This document shows, piece by piece, positions 52,839-64,000 of a DNA stretch of 64,000 bases; position 1 is the first letter of the stretch; each line of letters opens with the position of its first letter. The translations under genes were made by a program, and so were the position numbers. The notes below the pieces were generated by a model. The model did no database searches and was not told the origin of the DNA. It saw only the letters and a list, made by a program, of their open reading frames with translations. Source of the stretch: Octopus sinensis (lineage: Eukaryota); contig NC_043000.1 of assembly GCF_006345805.1 (NCBI RefSeq), positions 56,544,001-56,608,000 of the forward strand. The letters run 5' to 3'.

Positions 52839-53825
52839 AAGGCAGCGAGCTGGCAGAAACAATAGCATGCAGGATGAAATGCTTAATAGTATTTCACCCG
52901 TCACTATGTTATGGGTTCAAATTCCACCAAGGTCGACTTTGCCTTTCATTCTTTCAGGATTGATAAATTAAGTACCAGTTGAGTAATTGGGGTCGATGTA
53001 ATTAACTATCTCCCTCCCCCAAATTTCAGGCCTTGTGCCTGTAATAGAAAAAAATTAAAAAATAGAGAGACCATGGTAGATATTTCTATGTTATTACCCC
53101 CCCTCCCTTCTTTAAATTGTAAATATATGCTTCAGTCATCAATATTACAACATGCCTTAAGACTGCAATCTGACAGAATTGTTACAACATCAGGCAAAAT
53201 GCTTACCGGCATTTCATCTGCCTTTACGTTCTCAGTTCAAATTCTGCCAAGGTTGATTTTGCCTTTTTGTCCTTTCAGGTCGATAAAATAAGTGCCAGAT
53301 GAGCACTGAGGTCGATGTAACTGACTTACTCCCTACTCTAGACTTGCTGCCCTTGTGCCAAAATTTGAATCCAAGTTTATAACATGCCTTAAGGTGGCAA
53401 ACTGGTAGAATCGTTAGCACACCGGGTGAAATACTTAGAGGTATTTCGTCTACCGCTACATTCTGAGTTCAAATTTCGCCATGGTCAACTTTGCCTTTCA
53501 TCCATTTGGGGTCAATTAAATAAGTACCAGTTACGCACTGAGATCGATATAATTGACTTAATCCCTTTGTTTGTCCTTGTTTGTCCCCTCTGTGTGTAGC
53601 CCCTTATGGGCAGTAAAGAAATAAGAATCATTAGCAGGCTTGGCAAAATACTTAGTGGCATTTCGTCTGTCACTACATTCTGATTCAAATTCTGCCAAGG
53701 TCAACTTTGTCCTCCATCCTTTCAGGGTCAATAAAATAAGTACCAGTTGGGTACTGGAGTCAATGTAATTGACTTACCCACTTACCTGAGGCGGCTGGCC
53801 TTGTGTCAAAATGTGAAGCCAATAT
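52839..53825 (+). mobile_element. Head-to-tail cluster of four family B SINEs
   Basis: Copies start at ~52839, 53159, 53391 and 53624, each with a GTTCAAAT B box and a Nin-like domain. Confidence 0.85.
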
Positions 53826-55181
53826 CATAACAAACATTACAAAAAAGATTTTTAAAAGCCCTATCAAAAATGCTGAGGAAAAGAAGATTTTAGTGAATTA
53901 TGTGTATATAACAGAACTACTAAACCAAAGCAGAGACAGATTAGTCAACAACAACATCCACATTACCAGCAGCAATAATTCTCCTCCAAAACAAGATCAC
54001 CAGACTACAGATAAACATCAGACACTAGGATACCATCACAAAAGTGAAAATTGAATAATAACTTCAACAAACTTTGATTGAATAATATATTATCAAAAAT
54101 ATACAGGAACAGCAAACTTGAAATTCAACAGCAGAAAATAAGCTAAACGAATCAAAATTTAAGCCTATCGAAAATTTCACACACAAGTTTTTTTTTTATT
54201 ATAAATAAGCAGTAATGGGTGAGAATGGGAAATATTAAATCATCTTCTTAAAAAGTAGAGGCCAATACATTCTTTTATTCTTTTACATGTTTTAGTCATT
54301 TGACTGTGGCCATACTACAGCACTGCCTTGAAAGATTTTAGTCAAACAAATTAACTGCAGGACCTTTTTTTTTTTCAAACCTAGTACTTATTCTATTGGT
54401 CTCTTTTGCCAAACTGCTAAGTTATGGGGACATAAACATACTAACATCAGTTGTCAAGCAGTGATGGAGGGACAAACACAAACACAAAATTACACACACA
54501 GGTATATATATATATATGTATAAAACTTATATATAAAATGTACAAAAGGGGACGACAAGAACGCAAACTACACAAAGAGACGACACAAAAAAAACAGACA
54601 GGTCATTCGAAACCTCTAATCTTCAGTCAGGAACCGGATCATCTTAGCAATTTCAGCTGTATATATATATATATGTATAAACAATGGGTTTTTTTCAGTT
54701 TCCGTCTACCAAATCCACCAAAAGGCCTTGGTTAGCCTGAGGCTAAAGTAGGAGACACTTGCCCAAGGTGTCATACAGTGGGGCTGAACCTGAAACCATG
54801 CAGTAGGGAGGCAAGCTTCTTGCCACACAGCCACACCTGTGCCATGTTTGGATATTATCTACAAATCTTTTACTATACCCTTAATAAGTCCTCTTTCTGC
54901 AATATTATTATTATTACTATTATTATTAAGGGGTGACAAGTAGAATCAGTAGCACGTTACACAAAATGCTAAGCAGCATTTCTTCTGACTCTTTACATTG
55001 TGAGTTCAAATCCTGCTGAGGTCAGCTTTACTTTTCATCCCTTTGAGATCAATAAAATAAGTACCAGTTAAGTACTGAAGTTGATGTACTTGACTAGCCT
55101 CCTCTCAAAATATTTCTGTAGTACATCTCCAGCATTAGAAGCAGTGCAAAGGCAATAATAATAATATTAATAATAATAATA

Positions 55182-55217
<36 letters not shown>

Positions 55218-55218
<1 letters not shown>

Positions 55219-55698
55219 CGGATATTATTATAAAAGATCAGACAAAAAGGATGTGTTTATCAATTGACATGGGTATTCCCTGTGATCACAATATAGCGGC
55301 GAAAGAATTTGACAAGATTAGTAAATATAAAAACCTGCTAATAGAAATTGAAAAAATGTGGCATCTCAAGGCGACTACAGTACCAGTGATTGTAGGATCT
55401 CTAGGAATGATAAAAAAAGGTACTGAAACCTATTTGAAAATGATTCCAGGCTTACCATCCCTACAGGAAGTGCAAAAAATCATATTAACTGGAACGGCTC
55501 ATGTACTGAGAAGAGCACTATCGCTGTGAAAATATCATCCATCGATGAATTTATTTATTTATTAATTTTTAAATACATATTTTATCTGTGAATTTGCGCG
55601 TGTAATCTGGGAATGCATACAATGCCCTTCTCTGCCCTAGGTGTATGGAAAACACTCGGCGAGAAACGGAAGAAAATTTGAAGAAAGAAGGAAAATAC
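55218..55698 (+). mobile_element. 5'-truncated R4/Dong-like non-LTR retrotransposon (restriction-like endonuclease domain plus 3'UTR) in (TAA)n
   Basis: Open frame 55218-55529: PDIIIKDQTKRMCLSIDMGIPCDHNIAAKEFDKISKYKNL..PVIVGSLG..QKIILTGTAHVLRRALSL*, an RLE PD..D..K.KY signature. Flanked on both sides by (AAT)n. Confidence 0.85.
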
Positions 55699-55744
<46 letters not shown>

Positions 55745-56828
55745 TACTTTCTACTAAAGATACAAGGCCTGAAATTTGGCGGGAGTGTGATCGATTATAT
55801 TGGACCCCCCCCCCTCCAGCATTTTGCTGTTACTTAATTTGTAAACCCTGAAAGGATGAAAGGCAAAGTCAAACTCAATGGAATTTGAACTCAGGATGTA
55901 GAGGGTCAGAAATAATGCAGCTTAACATTTTTTTCAAATGTGCTAACAATTCTTCCAGCTCACCACATTAACAACAATAACAACAACAGCAGCAGCAACC
56001 AAAAAAAAAATAATAAAATGCAACAAAACCTCATTTGAAAACTATTTTAGAAATCCTATCAAGAGGATAACTTGTATGATAACTAAGCCATCTTTTTTTG
56101 TGCAAGATTACAGAACGTGATTTGGATATCATCTTTAATATTCTATTTCCTCTAAGAACTTTAAAACATCTTAAACAAGCAAACAGGGAGAGAGAGAGTG
56201 AGAAAAGAGTGAAAGAAAGACAAAAATAAAAGAGGAAAAAGAATGATATTCAAAAGAAAATAGTTTACCTTACATCTACAAAAATAATCCCCTACCACTA
56301 AAAATAAGAAAAAAGAATCTTTATATTCAGTTTACGAAATACATTGGTCAAAACCTCAGGTTTCATGTTGTCCAGAGGGACAGAATGGAGACGATGACTT
56401 CAGTCTATATAGGATATTTATTTAAAAAGTTGTCTGTAGTTTTTTGCTTTTTTTTTCCATCAAATATTTTCAAATCGTACATAGGTAAAACAGAACTAAA
56501 CAATCAAGACAAACAAGAGAAGAGAAAATAAAACACACACACACACAAAATATAAAAACAAGATGTAAAGTATATTAGAAAATGTCTTCTCTTAGGATTA
56601 ATGAATTCTTACCAGTTCTCCCCTCTCTTCTGTTTGTCACTAAATCTAAAACAACACGACATATATACATATATATATATACACATATATATACATATGT
56701 ATACATATATATATATACACACACACACATATATATATACATATATATATACACACATATATATATATACATATATATACATATACATATATATACATAT
56801 ATACATATATATATACATATATACATAT

Positions 56829-56871
<43 letters not shown>

Positions 56872-58478
56872 CACACACATATATATATATACACATACAC
56901 ATATACATTATATACATACATTCTTGCAAACATACATACATACATGTGTGGATAGATGGATGTATATAATGTATATGTGTGTATGTATGTGTGCGTGCAT
57001 GTGTGCGTGTGATTTCAAGTTGTAGCAGCTGGTTAAATCAGTGTCAACCAAGGAATTCATACATTTTTTTGCATCTGACCAACAGTAATGTGATGTGGCT
57101 CAGACAAAAACATTTAACTGTTACTAGCTCAGTCAGTCTATGTGTAAACAGAGTCAATGTAAATAGGGGTAAATTTCATCACTTAGACAGCAAGGACAGA
57201 ATATAATTTATTTCATTCAATGAAGGGGGTTTAGTTAGTTGATAAGGTCCATGGTGAGATGAAAAGGCAAAGTGGCTCCCAGCACTGTTTGAACTCAGGA
57301 CTAAATACTGTAAACCATTTAGTTCTTTACTTACACACACACACACACACACACACAACATTGTCATCATCATCAACATAATCACCATCACCACCACCAC
57401 TATTTAATATCCACTTTTCTGTGCTGGCATGGGTTAGATGCTTTGACAAATACAGATGAGCCAGAGAGCTGCACCAGATTCTATATCTGCTTTGGCATGG
57501 TTTCTACAGATGGATGCCCTTCCTGACACCAACTATACAATAGAATGTATGTATGTGTGTGTATGTATGTATGTATGTATATGTGTGTGTGTATGTGTGT
57601 GTATGTATGTATGTATGTATGTATGTATGTATGTATGTATGTATGTATGCATGTATGCATGTATGTATGTATGCATGCATGCATGCAATTATGGCAGTAA
57701 ATAGGCAGAATTGTTTGAGAACCAGATAAAATGCCTTACAATAGTACATGTTTTGTATTTCTGAGCTCTAAGTTCAAATCCTGCCAAAGCCAACTTTTGC
57801 CTTTCCTCCTCTTTTGGGTCGAAAACTAAAGTATGAAATCTGGGTAGAGATAAATTGACAGAATTGTTAGAAAATCAGTCTGTAATCTAATGGTAAGATT
57901 TGTAGTGCCACTAGCTCCAAGCTGTATGGGCCCTCGCCTTTTCTTTAACCCTTTACCATCCCTATTTCTCTGTCAAATGTAATGATTTTTCATTCAGATT
58001 GTTTTTAATTAATCATGCAATATTTTGTAGCTTTGAAATTTTGATTATGTGATTGTATATTTTTAGAATGGCATTGAAGGTCTGTGTGATAGGTTGGATC
58101 TGGCTAGTTTGAACATAAAACAGGGAGCATATCTGGGCTGGATATGACCAGTTTAAATGCTAAAAAGTTAAACACCAGTGGCAACGGAAGTGTAAAATTT
58201 GCAAAGATGGGTGAGTACTGGTCTCCTTATAAAATTAAAGCATTTCACAAGTCTGTGCTTTAGAGAGAAGTTCCATGAAGATCCAAGGGAAGATTCATGG
58301 TCTCACAGGACATATGAAGGTCCCCAGATATTGCACCACATCACCAAAAACTCAACATATTTATTAGATGAATAATTAGTCTGTTGTGATGAGTTCTAAT
58401 CTATAAAAGCCTATCATTAGTCCCGAACTGGGTAGCAAACCAATCTGGTGCAGAAAAGAGGTTCATATAATCTCTTAC

Positions 58479-58497
58479 CCATAGAAATTGAAGTGTA
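58479..58497 (-). CDS. Candidate 19-nt microexon
   Basis: Minus strand ctttgttttgtcag|TACACTTCAATTTCTATGG|gtaaga; reads HFNFY-G with phase-2 exit, compatible with 49200-49138. Confidence 0.25.
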
Positions 58498-60176
58498 CTG
58501 ACAAAACAAAGTGGTGGCGCAGTCATTAGAGTGTTTGACGTTAATACCTTACAGTATTGTTCCACCTCTCTGCGCTCTGAGTTCAAATCCCACTAAGGTC
58601 AACTCTGTCAGTCATTCTTTTAATATTTTTTACCTTTGTCTTTTGTCTTTTACCTGTTTCAGTAAATAGATTGTGCCCATGCTGGGGCACCAACTTCAAG
58701 AGTTTTTAGTTGAAGAAATGGACTCCAGTACTTTTTCTTTTTTCAAATCTGGTACTTATCTTATTGGTCTCTTTGGATGAACTACGAAATTATAGAGTTT
58801 AATTGCTAAAGGATTAAGCAACAACCAAAGTTCGCTTCCCATAGATATGTATAGCCAATCTGAAAGTCTTGTGCACAGATTCCAACAACCCAGTTTTTCT
58901 TACAAAGCTCAAGTCAACCTAAAATTATAACAGAAAACACTTTATCAAAATACCACATAGTGGGATGGGATTGAATTTAGAATCATGGAATTACAAAGGA
59001 AACTTCTTACTCCCACAGCCAGGCATAGCTGTGTGGTAAGAAGTTTACTTCCTAACCACATGGTTAGGAAGTAAATCCCACTGAATGGCACCTAAGGCAA
59101 GTGTCTTCTACTTTAGCCTCAGGCTGACCAAAGCCTTGTGAGAGGACTTGGTAGACAGATACTGAAAGAAGCTTGCCATGTGTGTGTGTCTCTCTCACTC
59201 TTTCTTTCTGTTTGTGTTTGTCCCCTTCCACTACTTGAAAACTGGTGTTTTTTCCATACCTGTAAGTTAGTGGTTCAGCAGAAATGACACTGATAGAATA
59301 AGTACCAGGCTTCACAAAAAAAAAATAACAAATAAGTAATGAAATTAATTCATTCAACTAAAATTCTTCAAAGCAGTGCACCAGTATGGCCACAGTCTAA
59401 TGACAGAAACAAGAAGAAGATTTTAAAAAATGAAGATAACTGCACTGAGAACTTTCTTTCTGGATTTTGTCAAGCTGACACAAACAAGGTCCACTGCTTA
59501 CTTTGCAGTTGTTATTGCTGAAGGCTTTCAAGCCATAATCAACCTCATCTTTACCAAGCCTAGTGTAATGCTGATAACTCTGTTGAATGTGAACATTTTT
59601 GAGTCAGCAGGGGATAATTTGAGGGGCATGTGACTTCTAGTTGCAGTAGGCTGAGAGACCACATAGAGACTCGCTCGTTAAGCTTGTATAATCAATCCAC
59701 TTCACAGTCCGTTAGTGTTTCATTAGCAAAAGAAGAACAAGCTGGCTGTAAAATTAATTGTTCTAACAAAGTAGCCATCACACTCACATGGAAGCATGGA
59801 AAACTAAATGTAAAATATTTTTAAAATATTGTACACTAATTTTTAATTGATTTGCAGGATGATATAGCTTGAATATAAATCAAGAAGTGAAGGGAATATG
59901 AAAATGAAATGGAAAGAGAGAGAAGACAGTCAAAAGCCAAAAACTATTAGGGATTGATTTATGAAATTTCCTTGGATAGATACAGACAAAAATTTTACCT
60001 TATGGACAAAATGTCAAACAGAACACACACACGTACACACACACAAATAGATGAACAGACATAGGCATAGGAGTGGCTGTGTGGTAAGTAGCTTGCTTAC
60101 CAACAACATGGGCACCTTGGGCAAGTGTCTTCTACTATAGCCTCGGGACGACTAAAGCCCGTTGTATAAATGTATG

Positions 60177-60209
<33 letters not shown>

Positions 60210-61493
60210 TGTGTGTGTGTGTGTGTATGTGTGTGTGTGTATATGTTTGTGTGTTTGTGTTTGTCCCCCCCAACATTGCTTGATAACCAATGCTAATGTG
60301 GTTACGTCCCTGTAACTTAGCGGTTCAGCAAAAGAAACCAATAGAATAAGTACTAGGCTTACAAAGAAGCGTGGGGTCAATTTGCTCGACTAAAGACGGT
60401 GCTCCAGCATGGCCACAGTCAAATGACTGAAACACGTAAAAGAGTAAAAGACAAAAAGAAATACAAATATAAAAGGCAAAGCTGTGCCTATAAGTGTAGG
60501 AGAGGTATGTGGTTGAGAATCCTGCTTCTCTACCATGGAGTCTTGGTTCAGTCCCAATGTACAGCACCTTGAGCAAGTATTTTCTACCACAGCTCGAAGT
60601 TGATCAAATCCTTGTGAGTGGATTGAGAGATGGATTGTGTGCACACATGTAAGCGTGAGTGTGCACGCATGTGAGTGTGCGTGTGTGTGTATGTGTTTGT
60701 GTCAACTATTGTCTAGACTTCATGTGATAGTTGTAAATGAGCATCACCATCATACAAGTGGGGTTGTTTGTTTCCAATCTTCTGTGAATGTGAACATTTT
60801 TGAGTCAGCAGAGCATAATTTGAGGAACATGTAACTTCTAGTTGCAGTAGGCTGAGAGACCATATAGAAACTCACTCATTAAGCTTGTATAATCAATCCA
60901 CTTCACAATTCGTTAGTGATTCATTAGCAAAAGGAAAACCAGCTGGCTGTAAAATTATAATATGTTTAAATATGAGAAAATATTACCTTGCTTGGAAAAC
61001 AGATGACAGTTAGCAAAAGGAAAGTTTCAACAAGTTCCGTCTAACCCTTGCAAGTATGATAAAGTGGATACTAAATAATGATGATGATGAATAAGGTTAA
61101 GAGATAAACAAATAAATGACATAAATTTGAACAACAAAACACATTGTGGGGAAAAGCACAGAAACATGACAGGAAATGATAATAAAGAATGTGTAAAGTA
61201 GAAATAAATACACTAACAAGAAACATACGAAAGGAACATTGTAGGGTAACACACTTTATCAAAGAAAACAAAAAGCAATAAGAAATACAAGAGAAAAAGA
61301 AATAGAAACAATACCGACTTTACAACATCTGTTTATATTGCAGGTTTAGTGTAAATACACATAACTGCTAATTTAGAATTCTAAAATTTTTAACTCGGAT
61401 TTTCTTGCCAATCAGCCAACAACTTTGTGTATGTGTGTGTGTCAACATATATACATGTATACACCCACACACACATATATATATATATACATG

Positions 61494-61527
<34 letters not shown>

Positions 61528-63162
61528 CATACTCAGAAAAATGTATATGTTTATTTATATATACACACACACACACACCAATATATATATATATATATAT
61601 ATATATGATTGTATGTATGTATACATATGTATAATGTACATGTGTATGCACCTGCATGCACAAACATATGCTCACGCATACAGAAACAGAGTCACATACT
61701 CTTAAACAATGTGTGTATGCTCATAAGTACCATGCAACATGCCTATGCAACATAAATGGGGAAAATCACAAAATAAAATAATATCATAGTAATTTCTGAT
61801 CATAAAAATGGACGAGTCAGTCAGTGGGAAGAAAGAAAAAAAGGAGAGAAATAAAGAAAAGAAACAAATAAACGATGACTACTATTATTCTTTTGTTAAA
61901 ATATAAAAACAAACGTTATTCCATAAAAATTCATTCGGATAGTAGAAAACTAATGAAAATGTTTCAAGACAAAAATAAGAAATTTAACTTTAGAAAATAT
62001 ACATCAATATTTTGCAAAACATACATCAATAATTTAGAAATCTTACAAGAATTCTTCAGAAAGTATACAATATGTATATTCTTGAATCTGAAGAATTCAG
62101 GAACAATAAAAAACAAAAAAGAAGTAAATTAACATAAAATCTTTCACTGCATTTTTTTCTTTTTGTTTTGTTTTGTTTGTGTGCTTGTTTGTTTTTTGTT
62201 ATATGGAATGTTAACTTTTATAAAGTTTCATTTTTATATCACTTTTGTTTTTGAGTTTTGTGAGAGATAAAAAAAAAAGAAAGAACTATATCAGTTATAA
62301 AGATTATTCCAGCAATGTAGATTTAATTTTTTTTTTAACACAATATATATTTTTAATTTATCTAATATGCCATTTTGTACTGAAACCAGTATAGTTTATT
62401 TCGTTTTGTTTTGTTTTTTTTTTCTCTTTCATGATATTTTTCTATCATTATACAAAATTTATAATTAAAAAAAGTGTTGAAAACAAAATCAAACAACAGC
62501 TGAAGCAGCAGCATCTTTTTGTATCTGTTTTGCAAGATACTCAATGTGAAAAAAGTGTTGAAACAGATGTTATATCTCAAGAGGATCATTTTGCCAATGA
62601 AATCAGGTAGGCTGATTCTCTTTCACTTCTTTTTATCATTATTGAGCAACTAGTTAACTAATTAACTAATCAATTGTTTCACTAATCATTTCATTAATCG
62701 GTCCATCAGTTGGCTTGTCTGAATCCTTTCATTGCTTTTCCCCACCTCGTTAGTGATATGCTCTTGTAGCTCCAGGTCTATCACAATGTAATGCATCCAA
62801 ACCAGTTTGAATATAGTGATGAAAAGATGATGACAAATCAATTGACTCATTGATTTATTGATCAAGTGATTAGTCAAGAAATCAATAAGTTAATTGGTAA
62901 ATTCATTAACTAGTTAATGTAATAATCCTTTCTACTATAGGCACAAGGCCTGAAATTTTTTTTTTTTTTTTTGGTTGGGGATGAGACTAGTCAGTTATAT
63001 TGACCCCAGCGCTCAACTGGTACTTATTTCATTAACCCTGAAAGGATAAAAGACAAGCTGATCTCAGCATTATTTGAATGCATGATGTAAAAACAAATGA
63101 AATGCTGTTAAACATTTCGTCTGGCATGCTAATGGTTCTGCCAACTCACTCCATTCTTCTTT

Positions 63163-63455
63163 CTTTTCCGCCCTTTTCAAGCCTAGCCAGGCTCAGGGAC
63201 CTGGTTTCTCGGTTTCTGTGGCATATGTGTTCCCCCCTACTGGACAGGACACCAGTCCATTGCAGAGTTACTCAAGAAACAGGAAGAGAGAGTGAGAGAA
63301 AGCTGTGGCAAAAGAGTACACCAGGGGTTGACACCACCCTCTGCCAGAGCCTCTTGGAGCTTTTAGGTGTTTTCACTCAATAAACACACACAATGCCTGG
63401 TCTGGGAATCAAAACCGCGAGTCCACTGCCCTAACCACTGGACCATTGTGCCTCC
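63163..63455 (-). mobile_element. tRNA-derived SINE with V-domain-like core (family D)
   Basis: Minus head GGAGGCACAATGGTCCAGTGGTTAGGG (A box), degenerate B box GGTTTTGATTCCC, and core TGCAATGGACTGGTGTCCTGTCCAG resembling the V-SINE central domain. Confidence 0.55.
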
Positions 63456-64000
63456 ACACTCACTCCATTAGTTGACTTATAATAATGAAAAGAAGTGAAA
63501 TAGAACCAGTATATGTCTTTTGACTGGTAAAATTACCTTCCAAAGATATTTCAAAACTCAGTCCACTCTGCAGAGTGGTTGGTGTCAGAAAAGGCATCGA
63601 ACCATAAAAACTTTGCCAAAACAGACACAGTAGCCTGGGGTAGTCTTCTATCTGGCCGGCTCCTGTCATGCTATGGTTGTTTATTTTTAAAATGACACTG
63701 CAGGGTTAGTGTGAGAGGCTGGATCTGGCCAGTTTGAGCATAAATCCTGTAGAATATTTGGGATGGATATGGCCAGTTTAAATGCTAATGAGTTAAAGGT
63801 ACATAAACCTATAAATACATTAACAGTAATTCATCTCAAACATTTGTTTGAACACTTATCTGAGATAATTTTGACTTCTGGCTTAGGAACAAGGACTCAA
63901 ACTTGAAGGGATGCATGTGATCAACTTGTAAATTTATTATTATACTGACTCTGAAAGGATGAAGAGCAAAGTCAGACCTGGTAATATTCAAACCCGACTA

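Noticed and set aside
62431-62880. Short ORFs and possible exons on both strands (MIFFYHY..NEIR; DLELQEHITNE)
   Set aside because: Strand assignments conflict, splice sites are weak and no homology is recognised.

Overview
AT-rich, repeat-saturated animal genomic DNA. The SINE sequences and very dense (TA)n/(CA)n/(TAA)n/(GAT)n microsatellites resemble octopus (coleoid cephalopod) DNA; this is an inference from remembered repeat sequences, not a database result. There are no prokaryotic genes, rRNA, bona fide tRNA or CRISPR arrays, and most ORFs in the track are microsatellite or SINE artefacts. Supportable content: a decayed full-length D,D34D mariner (6124-7398); two non-autonomous Helitrons; a decayed Penelope-like retroelement (PLE) RT on the minus strand with a hammerhead ribozyme (HHR) and a 123-bp direct repeat; a 5'-truncated R4/Dong-type LINE in a (TAA)n run; several RTE LINE remnants; a Tc1-like deletion derivative; piggyBac-type MITEs; and dozens of tRNA-derived SINEs from at least four families. 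The most unusual signal is a set of small fold-back DNAs lying in (TA)n tracts that are built around minimal HHRs with a palindromic stem III: a twin-ribozyme inverted repeat at ~39435-39720 and a perfect 95-bp-arm palindrome at 36681-36880 whose loop is half an HHR core. Short phase-compatible candidate exons suggest the window lies in the long introns of an unidentified gene (a minus-strand chain ending in a hydrophobic C-terminal tail, and a weaker plus-strand chain); these are unverified.
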